Assembly: GCA_963924565.1 (NCBI GenBank)
Contig: OZ004613.1
Span: forward strand, 21,514,001 to 21,578,000
From: Ascidiella aspersa
Taxonomy: Eukaryota
DNA length: 64,000 nucleotides
Direction of reading: 5' to 3'
Under the pieces are notes generated by a model. The model was given only the letters and a program-made list of their open reading frames with translations. It did no database searches and was not told the origin of the DNA. The translations under genes were made by a program, and so were the position numbers. The stretch's first letter is position 1. Each line of letters opens with the position of its first letter. This document shows positions 1 to 11,526 of the stretch, in pieces.

Positions 1-250
1 ACCGTCACGGTCTGATTCAGACACCTCTATTGACCAGTGAACCCGATCGCACAGTGTTTATGACCTTTAGACATTGTTTTATTTTATTGTTGTCACAACA
101 GTTCAGGTAGTGAAAAAATATAAAAAACAACTGCTAAAGATAAAAAACAAATGCTAGTAAGTTTATTAAAATAACATCACATTAGTTTGGATTTTATTTA
201 ATTTTTTTGTATGTTTTGCAGTGGTACAGCTTCTTTGGACATAGTCAACT

Positions 251-583
251 CAGGGTTGCCAGATAGTCAAAAAAAAAATGCATGTAAAAAATGCAATAAA
301 TGGTCATGCTGGTACATGGAATTTCTCTTTTGTGGCAATTTTTCTCAAGTTTTTTTTTTTTAATGTTTCTTGGCAATTTTTCGCATTTTGATATTTTTTT
401 GTCAGGTTTTCCGTTTTTCTGTAAGTTTAATATAACACTTTAGTTTAATATAACAACCCAAAAAAGCCTAACAAAACCAAAGTTCATTTCGACTTTTTTT
501 TTGAAAAAATAAAATAAAAAAAGGGGTTCAAAAAAGCCCAAATTTTCAAATTTGGCTTTTAAAAATCCTAACTGGCAACCCTG
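251..583. mobile_element. hAT-type MITE (TIR CAGGGTTGCCAG), unit A copy
   Basis: Ends CAGGGTTGCCAG...CTGGCAACCCTG, flanked by 8-bp TSD AGTCAACT/AGTCAACA. Confidence 0.85.
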
Positions 584-1592
584 AGTCAACACACTAAGCT
601 GAAATAGAAATGTGTAATGATGTAAATTGTATAATTATGCAAACGTGTTTTCGGATCATACGGGGTACATAAGGTATTGTATGTAATAATCTTTGCAAAA
701 TAGTGATAATGTGTGCTTGACAGAGTTGACATTTCGTAGCAAAAACCTATAATGGCAATTGTAAATTGGATTGAGGTATTTACCTCTTTTAAAACTATCC
801 CTATTGTTGAAACAGGAAATTAAGTAGTTTTGTGATGCCGTTATTTAAAAAAAATGTTCACTAATTGATAGTTGTTTTCTCACATTTAATACTGACTTAA
901 TTGGGCTTTACAAGCACAAAAAACAATTAGGGTTGACGCAAATTTCCCCGGTACTTTGCTCCAAATTTCCCTGGTACTTGTTTCCAGAGTTTGACTAATA
1001 ATGATTTTCTTAGGAAAGTAACTCAGAATTTTGTGATGTTGGCACACCCACCCTGAATTAGACAATAGCGCACGGTTTTTGACCCCCGTTGTATGTCTTC
1101 AATGCAAAAATAGTAAACGCCAAAAAGGGAGATATTGCCAACTTTGAACCACTGGTCTAAACTGTTTTTCTGCCTCTTACATAAGGCATTAGTCAAGCAA
1201 ATGTCCTACCTACCATGATGAATTAAAAAATGTAACAAGTTTAGCGGACCACTTTTGAAGCTTTGGTTGGCTGCATATGGCATATATAGGTGAACTTTAT
1301 ATAGTGGTAACCAGTCGATGTTAACTACAGAACAACAAAAAACTAAACAAAATATAGTACCCGCGTATGCCAATTTTACAAACAGAGTGTCAATATTTTG
1401 ATTTTTGATACGACGCTCGGCTTCTTACGTGTGCCTGTATGCTTTCATTCTTGCTATGCACAAGTAATACTAAAAAATAAACTATAGGTGTGTTATTTTC
1501 TTAATTTAATGGTTGTTTTAATGCAGTATTTGCAAAAGATTTGACTGTAATTTCCGAAAAGTTTGTTAAATTCTGTAGTTTTTCAAAGATTC

Positions 1593-1604
1593 TGTGACGT
1601 CACA
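1593..1604. promoter_or_regulatory. Palindromic CRE-like site TGTGACGTCACA about 100 bp upstream of the ATG
   Basis: Perfect 12-bp palindrome containing TGACGTCA, kept in all three units (also ~12907 and ~26906). The motif is frequent elsewhere in this window, so significance is uncertain. Confidence 0.3.
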
Positions 1605-1701
1605 AGCGACTTGAAACAATGGATTTTCGCCAGGGCAAAGTTTTTGTTTACATTTTTTGTCATATTCGTTCAATGTCTTTTGTCGGGAACGACAGAAATT
1701 T

Positions 1702-4700
1702 ATGGCAGAAGCGAAAGCTATGATTTTTATTCGAATCGACTCGAAACTGTTAGCGCCCTTCAATGGGTTGTTCGGCATTACGTTCGAACCAGAACAGCCT
1801 GCGAATGATTTCCAGGCTTTGCAGAAATGCTTCTATTCAATGGTCCCTGACTCATTGGAGAAACTAAAGACCAACCCGGCTTTTAACATCGCTATGTTGT
1901 TGGTCAGTGTGATAATGTTTATCGCACTTTTCGAGGGTGGATGTGTTCTCGTGGAAAGGTAAATATGTTTCCAATTAACAAACTTTATATTTACTGAATT
2001 GTTTTTGTTTCGATAGTTATGTAATTTAACATAATCCACACTTGAGTTTTAACAGCTATCTTACAACGTTGTTTTTTTTTTGCAACGTTGTTTAGGTTTG
2101 TATCCTTTCTACGAAGAATTGTGCGTTCGAGGAACGCTGCACTTGAAAAAGGCTTGAAGGTAAAGCATAGGTTACACCAGTATTTCAGTTGTTTGATCGG
2201 AATAGCTCCATTAATTTAAGTTTTCTTAAAAAAAAGTAAAAACAAAATTCTAAAGTTGTAGGATGCGGCTGAACTTTTGAATGCGATGTTTGCTAGCTAG
2301 CCTACTGAAAATAAACCTTATCTATACTAGGACAGTGGTCGGCAAACAGTGGGCCACGGCCCAAATGTGGACCGCAGGCCGCGAGCTATGTTTTATTGTT
2401 TTATCCTGTAGTTGTGGGCCGCGTGAATGCTGTGCATATATTGTATTGTATTTGGCTACGTGTTACTAAGATTTATTATATTGTCTCACCGTGGTTCAGG
2501 CCCGCGTGGTAAACAAGGCACTGTGAGGGCCCGTCAAATATATTTTTCAACTTGAACTATATGTAATCGCAAATTTTGTTTGTGATTCGTGCGTATATTA
2601 TCGTTTTATAGTAGGTTTTATACATTATGACATTATTTTCGGCATCAAGGCGCCATGTAATATTTCACCTTTTCTTGGTGTCCACAACCATAACGCTGTG
2701 TGGACTTACACTCCCTACAAAATACAATTTCTACCAACATTTATCTAGTTAATGTATTTTTTTTATTTAACATTGTAATATTGCTATTGTATCGTGAGTA
2801 ACATTTATCCAGCTTTCACTACATGATTAACATAATGTATTCCTTTTATGTGTTTCGTTCGAACTTTTACGTGATTGCGGCTGCCGCCATTCCGCTGTGG
2901 AAATGCTATAGTTTTAATCTTTTATGCATTATTACGTCTAAGGCAGTGGTTCTCAACCTTTTTTCTTTCGTGGCCCATTTACGTTGCAAATAAATTCTGT
3001 GGCCCAATAGATTTTTTTGGCAGAAAAAACTGTAAAAGAGGTTTAGAACAAAACACAGCAGAACATATTTCACAACAGATTATTAATTCAACCTTGCATT
3101 AGTGAGATACTTGCGGCTGTTATTTTGCATTACTTTTTAATGCCTTCCCAAGCCATTATTCCTGTAAAATTAAATATAGTGACACCAAAGAAACTAAATC
3201 TAACTTTTCTAAATTGGTCTGTTGCCCACCTCAAATGTTCTTATGGCCCACTGGTTGAAAACCGCTGGTCTAAGGTAAACGTTTCGCCACCTGGATTTAG
3301 CTTCATATTTGCGAACGAGTTCGTTCAATACAACAGGTGTTTCTAAGAACAATTGTTTCGTGGCATAACTTTGTGACGTCATTTTAATGCCTCCAACTCA
3401 AAACAAATATCCTGTATTCGCCGTTTTGTAGTTGTTTTACGTATCGGGCCTTCAATAGCTTTAAAAAGAGTATTTTGGGCCGCGACGAATAAATTTACCG
3501 ACCACTGTGCTAGGATATACGACTGTTTTAACCTGTGAGCCTCATTTCATATAAGGTATTGCAATACAATACTGCACAAAACTTCAAGCAAAATCATAAC
3601 GTCGGCTTGTAAAAAGTGGTGGAAAAAATGTAACGTCGCCCTTCTGTCTCAAATACCTCTACATATTGTAATAGTCTTGGTTTTAATGACAGAATTTTCT
3701 GCGAATTAACATGCTTAATTGGGAAAATGCTACATTTATAAACCAAGCAAACATTCATTTTAATTTTAAAGAATTATAACCCTTAGTAATGCCCTTTTTT
3801 ACGTTTTTGCGTAAGCCGTTGCTATGACTAAGCTTTCAATGTATGAATACCATTTTTTGTTACCTGTAAGTACCTATTTCTAAGTTTGTTAATTTGTGCA
3901 TGCAATATATTTTTACAAAGATTTCAAACAACCCAAACAACGATAAGTTGCTGACAATTTGCATTCCGGCAAGAAAGAAATTCGAAAATATAGGATTGCG
4001 AGGTAATTGCTGTGGGATTTTATATTGATTGTTGCCTTGGGCTTGGTTGTACACCTTTTCAACCCATCTTTGTGTATTTATAGGTCTACCAAATGTCGCC
4101 GTGAAGTCCATTGCGAAACCTTCTCTCAAATTACCATTCGAACCGCTCCTGTTACCTGCTGATATGGTTGTGTTTCTTCAAACAGGGTTTCCGACCAATA
4201 GACCACGCGTACATTTTATCATCACCTCCGACATGTTTGAAATATTCCTTGCTCACTTGGAAAGGAATGTCTTGACCAAGTCTGAAGCTCTTCTGACTAA
4301 ATTGAAGCAGAGTAGGGTACAGGATTTCTTAACCACATCGTATGTAGGTTCACCGATTCTCACCTTATGCTCAGCACAGAGCAGCCCAACTATACAGGCC
4401 GTGTCTAAATCACCGCAGCAGGTCTTCATTTATTGCACGATTCAACCGGCCAAATCCTCTGTAAAACGCCCAATTACTCAAACCTGCTCAACCCAGACGA
4501 TTAACTCAGTAAGAGCACAATCCCTATCCGTCGGAAGCCAAACCTTTCAGTTTGTCACAACGCCAATTCCAACACAGACCATCAAAAAATGCTTCATGCC
4601 CGCCCGTATCCAAACGGTTAATCCGATCCTCAAGTCAGTTCCAACCCAGACTTCCCAATCTGTTGGCAAACCAGCATCCACACAGACCTCTATTTCGACA

Positions 4701-6648
4701 ACCGCCCCTGTTTTCACTCAAACTATTGGACATGACTCGAAAAGTTCACTTGCTGTGTCGACTTCAACTCAGACCTTCCAACGTCCCATGCTCTCAGCGT
4801 CAATGTCTAGTCAGACTTCCAAAACTGCTGGTATCACTCTTTCCACCCAGACTGTACCAGTCGTTAGTTCGCCTGTAAGCACACAAACAACTCAAACTCA
4901 ACCGGATAATGTACTACCATCGGACATTGGAACCCTACAAAAACGACAAAGCACAACCACATTCACCCAAACTATTTTTGGAACTGTTCGAATGTTGCCG
5001 GCGCTAAAACCCAGATCAAAGTTCAACAAAGGAACACAAACTACTACTCTTCCTGCGAGGGCTGGTACTTCGAAGAAAGTAAATAAAACTGACAAATCTT
5101 CCGTAGTGGCAAAAATACTGCGCCCAGTACTTAGTAAGTCCCATGTTGTCGTCACAAGCTATCCAGGATCTGATGAACTGGGAGGATTCCTTGATCCTGA
5201 ACATGAATATTGGCTTCAGAAATGGTCCAAAAGGAAGCACCCTTTTGTAAAAATTCCAAAATTCAGCAATAACGATATCATAAAGGCAATTAACAAATTG
5301 CCCAATGAAGAAAGCGTTGGAACAACTCCCACCGAACAAGATTGGGAGAGGTATTACCAAGAGGAGTTGGCGGAACAGGCAAAAGAAGACGCACAGCGAA
5401 TGGCACAGAAGGCATATTGCAAAAGACAGGACATAAATTCCTTCCGTAATCTCAGAGATACAACGAGCAAAGATACACTTCTTGTAGTTGAAGACATTAT
5501 GAAAGCCATTAATCAACTACCAAAGAAAAAACACGTTCGCCAGGCCCCCACAGAAGAAGACTGGGAGCGTTACTACCAAGAGGAGTTAGCAGAGCAGGAG
5601 AAAGAAGACGCACAGCGGCTGGCGATGAAGGCAAGATCCAAAAAATCAACAAAATATAGGTCTTCCTTTCCGTCAAATCTTGGGGAGACACCTAAGACAA
5701 AAAAATCTACTGCTGCTGGATGTCACTCCAAATTGCGCACACCAAGCACAATCAAGACAGCGATAAAAGTAAGCACTTCTCAGTTGACAGCTGCACCCAC
5801 CTCTCGAAAAGCACCCGAAGGTTCTCCTTCTAAACTTTGTCCACCTACAAAACTTAAGGCACCACACAAAGTTGATTCTTCCTCGAAACTCCGTGCGCCG
5901 ATCAATCACAAGGCTCAAATTGTGGTAAAGAACCAGTCAAAGCTGCGACAGCCAAGCAAGTTAGAACGACCGGTGCCCAAGCGTTGTGGATCCAATCATC
6001 AGATTACACCGAAAGACTTGAGTGATGCGCTTAAAATGATGCCCAAGATTAAGTCGTCTCCGATTTCCGAGTCTCCAACTTTTCATGATGCACAAAAAAT
6101 CGATGAGAAAAAAGAGAAAGATTGGATGGCAAACATGCAGAGAGCCTTGACAAGGGAGAAGTTGTTCAGGATTCAAGATGACCCAGAGCATCGCTGCACC
6201 TCATCCTCGGTCGTCGGCAAGATGAGAAAGCCAACTAGGATGAGAAGAAGAATTTTGGAAAAGGTGGATTTCCTGGATGAAATAAAGGAACTGGCGGAAC
6301 CTTTCAACCTCGTCCCATGCGTTTCCGGTGGTGCACGGCGGTTAGGAAAAATAAACGTAAAACATGTTCATTGATTAGTTCTTATTCAATATTTTGTATG
6401 ATGTTAAACTCTTACGTGATTTACAGCCAGACGATGCCAGCTTTTTCGATCTGGAACCACAACTGCTGGATTTCGTTGACGGATTTACCGACGACCTGCC
6501 ACTGATTACAAACGAAGATATCCGCCATTTGTGCGATCGAACCCCGCACCTATACAATATGACTGACGCAGAAGAACAGGAGGTGGAAGTTTGGCTGCAC
6601 ACTTGCAATATCCCTAGTCAAATGCAAGTCGATCCACTCATGTTTTGA
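1702..6648 (+). CDS. Uncharacterised single-pass membrane protein with multivalent TQT (LC8/DYNLL-type) motif array, copy A, ~965 aa; join(1702..1958,2096..2159,3921..4002,4084..6356,6427..6648)
   Basis: All introns are GT-AG and the phases join in frame (2,0,1,0): ...VLVE/R FVSFLRRIVRSRNAALEKGLK/ISNNPNNDKLLTICIPARKKFENIGLR/G LPNVAVK...GKIN/PDDASFF...PLMF*. Splice sites and frame are kept in all three copies. AATAAA at 6754-6759. Confidence 0.8.
2333..3507. mobile_element. hAT-type non-autonomous element in intron 2 (TIR CAGTGGTCGGCAAA)
   Basis: CAGTGGTCGGCAAA...TTTACCGACCACTG, TSD TACTAGGA/TGCTAGGA (right TSD is a perfect TACTAGGA in unit B). Confidence 0.8.
2944..3267. mobile_element. Nested hAT/Charlie-like MITE (TIR CAGTGGTTCTCAACC)
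   Basis: CAGTGGTTCTCAACC...GGTTGAAAACCGCTG with perfect 8-bp TSD GTCTAAGG. Also present in unit B (~15216-15539) and unit C (28252-28575). Confidence 0.85.
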
Positions 6649-8283
6649 GTGATATATTTCTCTAAAGACAATGTGATTTCACGGATCACAACCATTCGGC
6701 CGGCGCCGAAAAGACGCTTAAATGTTTATTATTTTGTATTTCATGACTTTTTTAATAAATTTTATGTATATATTTATGTCGGTATAGGTTATTTATTAGA
6801 GAATTAGAGAGACGACGAAAAACAAGCATTTGTCATTCGATTTTATTTAAAGTTCAGACCGCAGACTGTTGTGTTACTCTTATTGTGATATTTTAGTTAC
6901 AAAATATAGCATTTGTATCTACGTTTGGTGCGTAAACCTCAAACTAAGTGCAACAGAATTTTTTGGTTGATACTTAATACATCACGGGAAAAGTGCCAGA
7001 AAATCCCCCAAAAACGACGAGAAAACACACAAGGTGTTTTACACGTCATCCACATTTGGTAAGGCCTTAAAAATTACGCCCAAAATTGCTCTTATATTAA
7101 CGAGTATACTGAATATAAGAAAAAAGACTAAATACGTCCAAGGCGATAAATTGAGTTGATGAAAGCATTAGAGCGTTATTAACAAAATAAATGGTATATA
7201 TATCGTTAATTTTGTGATTTAGCGTTGTTCTCGGTCAAACTCGTGCAAAAATAGGGAGCTGAAATCCAAAAAATGCGTAAATTTCGTTTAAATTGGCAAA
7301 AAAGGAAGGTCGAACGTGCAATTATTTATATAGCGCCTTTGGTTAAATAGATTTGCATAAAACAAGCAAAACGTACTGATATAAGTGATAGAAATAAGTT
7401 AGAAAGCATTAACTTGGTAACTAAATAATACAATGAGGAAAGTCGCTATGAAACAACTATTTATACTTACATAGAATAATTGAGGTTACAGTCGTACTAG
7501 TCATGCACCAGTCGAATTTGCTTACATGTATGGCACGAGTTGTAGACAACCTTGAGTTAGTAATCATAACGCTAAAGTGTAGGTCTACTTAATACTTAAA
7601 CCGTGTTTATTCCGAAAACAGGTTTGTCTTTTTACATAATTTAAAGCCTTTAATGACGAAAATTATACTGGAAGGGGATGGATCAGTGGTTCTCATAAAC
7701 AAGTGTCTAGTTTATGCAAATTAAATAACAGAATCAAACGAAACTTTTACACGTTGGTTTTAAAGGCTTTGTTTGTAAAAGAAAATAACTTTTTTTTTAA
7801 GTTTTTAAAATTTTATATTTATTTTTGAAAATATCCCTCGGCATCCCGATTGGTATCCATCACTGTAACTATTATACTTTATTAGGTTATCCGAAAAAAT
7901 GCCTCTGCTAACCGTAAAGCCTCTAAGAAAACTTGGTTCTAACGCACTTATATTTTAACAGACTTACAAATAAATGTGTATGAGTGTGTGCGTATGTGCG
8001 TGCTTGCTTGTGCATATGTCTCTTTCCGTGCGCGCGCGTGTGTGTGTTCGTGGTAAGGTAAAAACCGTGGTCGCCAGAAAGGTCAAAAATACGAACGCGC
8101 GTTACTCTTGGAGTGATAACAGTTCATATTGTATGTGATAACAGAACACGACAATTTCTTGTCGAGATCTCCCCGCAACAACAAGCTTTCACAATTTCCA
8201 TCGGTAACACGCCAGTTAAAAAAGCCTGCCAAAATGGTAACTTTTCGTTTTTTTTCTAAGGGCTCTGACGTGCTCTTACATCC

Positions 8284-8400
8284 AATGAACCGTCTCACAG
8301 GGATAACCAATGTGATTTATTTGTGGCTTTCACGAAATTCAATGAGCCATAAATCTATCGCCAATAAATTAAAATACAAACTTAAATGATAACATAAACA
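8284..8400 (-). pseudogene. 7SK promoter-only remnant
   Basis: A short piece of 7SK 5' sequence (aatgaaccgtctcac), then TATTTGTGGC (8318-8327) and the upstream flank shared with intact copies. The gene body is missing. Confidence 0.6.
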
Positions 8401-8897
8401 TATATTTTTTTAAATATTTGCTTGATTTTGTTGTCAGATATTAAATGGACATACTAAATGTTAATCAATAAATTTATCTCGCCCGTCGGTGACACCACAC
8501 CAGAACTTGACAACTAAACTTTAGCTCCCTTCGAATAACACGTAAAAATGGTGCAAGCGATTTTTTTCGCTGTTATCGCGGAAAAAGTAGAGAGCTATAG
8601 GACAATCCATATTTAAAACAGCAATATGTTTTTCAATATAGTTTTATTTGCACTTTAACTACAGTAAACTGTAATTCTCGACAAATATAGTGACAAAACA
8701 AAAAGACTGATCAGATAATTCAATTCGGTTGTTAGTTAGATAACTGATAAAAGTAAATATTTTTTAACATTTTAAAAAAATGTTTTCTTTTTATTTTGTG
8801 AATTAATAATTTTGAAGCAGTTATTTGTTACCTGGTCCATATAAAAGATACCCTATACTCTTTCATAGATAGTAACTAAAGAAACAACTATCGAAAT

Positions 8898-9199
8898 AAA
8901 ACAATGGCATACTGCCACGTGCAGTGCCCATTCGGATGTATTTGAAGGCGTCTCGAGACACTTTTAAGGAAGGTGCCGTACGCTATTCCTATCCATAACG
9001 CTCGCTCTATCCATCGCGTCTACAAGAGAACATTTCGGGGTGGGGGGTTGGCTCTCGACCGAGCGCGAAGCATCGGGAAAGCATATGTGGACGTGCGTTG
9101 TGACGTAACTCCGTCTTGCGCGTGCGTAGATTCACCTATCGAAGTAGATCCGCCAATCAGCTATCGAACACCGGACAGAATGAACCATCTCACACATCC
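8898..9199 (-). ncRNA. RN7SK: 7SK snRNA copy 1 (first GAUC changed to GAUA)
   Basis: Reverse strand reads GGATGTG...TCCCGATGCTTCGCGCTCGGTCGAGAG...TACATCCGAATGGGCACTGCACGTGGCAGTATGCC-ATTGTTTT. This matches human 7SK landmarks: 5' GGAUGUG, UCCCGAAGCUGCGCGCUCGGUCG, and 3' ACAUCCAAAUGAGGCGCUGCAUGUGGCAGUCUGCC-U tract. Confidence 0.88.
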
Positions 9200-9843
9200 A
9201 CTGGAAACATCTGTATGGATGTCTTTATGCCGAGGCAATACGTATTTAGTTTTATTTGTGGCTTTTACGAAATCTAATGAGCCATAAATTCGCCACCAAT
9301 AAACTGAATTGCAAACTTTCATGATAAAATAAAATACTCATCCTTTAAAATATCAGCGAGATTTGTTTGCCAGTTTTTAAATGGACATACTAAATGTTAA
9401 TCAATTAATTTATTTCGCCCGTCGCTGACACCATATTAAAACTCGAAAATTGAACTTTCTTCTCCTTCGAACAACATGTAAAAATGGTGAAAGCTTATTA
9501 TTTTTATGTTACCGTGGAAATTGTAGATAGCGAAAGGACCGTCAATATTTAGAACAACAATTTTTTTTTCAATATAGTGTTTTTTATACCCTTCAACTGC
9601 AGTAAACTGTAATGCTCTACAAAAATTTTTACATAAAAAAAGAATAAAACTAATGTACTGATCAGATAATTTGGTTGTTAGTTGGATAAACAACAACAGT
9701 AAATTAGTTTTTCGCCATTGTTATAAACTTTTACCTTTATATAATGTGAAATAATAGTTTTGAAGCAGACATCCGTTAACTGGTCATAATGTAAGATAGC
9801 CTACTATTTCAGAAAAAGAAAATAACGAAGCAATTATCGAAAC

Positions 9844-10147
9844 AAAACAAGGACATATACTGCCACGTGCAGTGCCCATTCGGATGTGTTTGAAGGCGTC
9901 TCGAGACACTTTTAAGGAAGGGGCCGTACGCTATTCCTATCGATAACGCTCGCTCTATCCATCGCGTCTACAAGAGAACATTTCGGGGAGGGGGGTTGGC
10001 TCTCGACCGAGCGCGAAGCATCGGGAAAGCATATGTGGACGTGCGTTGTGACGTAACTCCGTCTTGCGCGTGTGTAGATTCACCTATCGAAGTAGATCCG
10101 CCAATCAGCGATCGAATACCGGACAGAATGAACCATCTCACACATCC
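9844..10147 (-). ncRNA. RN7SK: 7SK snRNA copy 2 (both GAUC motifs intact)
   Basis: Same landmarks as copy 1. 5' GGATGTG can pair with 3' CACATCC, and GATC-GCTGATTGGCG-GATC forms the apical helix. The 3' hairpin has a larger bulge and is followed by TTTT. Confidence 0.9.
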
Positions 10148-10919
10148 ACTGGGAACACCTGTATGAATGTCTTTATCCCGAGGTAGTTGCAATATAATTT
10201 TATTTGTGGCTTGTACGAAATTCAATGAGCCATAAATCCCCATAATTCCCACCTATGCCAAATGACGTGGTAAGGTTGCTGAACACTTACAAATATTCAA
10301 CTCATATATTACTCAAAAAAGCTTTTCTGGTAATTGCAATTGTTCTCTTTGCGATTTTTTAAAATATTGGTGTATTTGTTGTTCTAAATGCCTTTTAAAG
10401 TTTTGTCCGATAATACCGTATCGTAACCAATACCCGACGCGTGATAATTTCGCAACTTGATTTCACCTTAGAAGGTGAATTTATCGAAAAAATAGTAGGT
10501 TAGCAATTGACAGTAGACAACTTTCTCTGGGCTTAAAGACTTTTTGTCACGTCAAAAAACAAATACAGTAGAGATGATCAGGTCAACGACATAAAAACAA
10601 ATGAATTGAAACTGACGTCACGTGATCAAATTTACGTATGCGCCGTCACGGTCTGATTCAGACACCTACTATTGACCAGTGAACCCGATCGCACATTGTT
10701 AATGACCTTTAGACTTTTTTATTTCATTGTTGTGACAACAGTTCAGGTAGTGAAAAAAGATAAAAAACAACAAGACAACTGCTAGTAAGTTTATTGAAAA
10801 AACATTACATTAGTTTGGATTTTATTTTATTTTTTTGTATGTTTTGCAGTGGTACAGCTTCAGTACAGCCACTTGGTTTGCCAACAATAAATGTAAGCCT
10901 AATGTTTTTGCGCAGAACA

Positions 10920-11115
10920 ATGCCAAGTATTTGCATCCCTTTTTGCAAGAATAGGCCACCAACAAATACCATGTTTGCTGTGCCGAATAAAAAAATGTCA
11001 TGGAACGAAGAATGGGCAAAAAAATTTGAAAAAGTTATCCTAAGTCAGCGTGATGATAAAAATATCAAACAACCTTACCAAAAGCACTTCACAAAAGAGG
11101 ATATTATCAAAAGTT
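10920..11115 (+). pseudogene. Degenerate THAP zinc-finger coding relic (unit B)
   Basis: MPSICIPFCKNRPP...FAVP...W...PYQKHFTKEDI resembles the THAP C2CH pattern (MP..C..C...FP...W...CxxHF), but the third Cys is Tyr. Confidence 0.55.
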
Positions 11116-11526
11116 TGTATAAGCTATATATATATTTTCAATCAAGAGATTATTTTATATTATTTGCTATTGTTACCATAGTCTTTCTCAGTGGTATTCT
11201 CTTTATTTGTCGTTGATCAGGTGTAATGCGAAGTTCTATAAATTTTATGAATGTATAGCACAAAAACTGAACAAAAATAGAATGCAAAGTAGTTTTACGC
11301 CTAATATTTTATCACTTCTTCTTTAAATTCGTATATTCACTATGCCAGAAGCTAATACGCAATATATGCAAATTGAGCACATGGGCATTCTGCAGTGTCC
11401 TTGGAAGACCATTGATTTGCTTTACTTTCTTAAAAAGGGTGTTGTTACCCTACCATTATCCTCACCGTTGTACTCACACAAACCAAGAGATAGCTCGAAA
11501 GAAATGCGGATTGGACATAGTCAACT

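Noticed and set aside
4029-6374. 781-aa ORF as an intronless gene starting at TTG 4029
   Set aside because: The first 55 nt are intronic (stop codon there in copies B and C). An acceptor at 4083/4084 and a donor at 6356/6357 link in frame to other exons.
4552-6608. Overlapping and antisense ORFs inside exons 4-5 (and their copies in B and C)
   Set aside because: Shadows of the main frame, conserved only because the DNA is recently duplicated.
1702-6648. ATMIN/ASCIZ orthologue
   Set aside because: Shares the TQT array but has no C2H2 zinc fingers and has a predicted TM helix.
7975-8050. TG/CG alternating tract as a functional Z-DNA element
   Set aside because: Short degenerate microsatellite present in only one unit.
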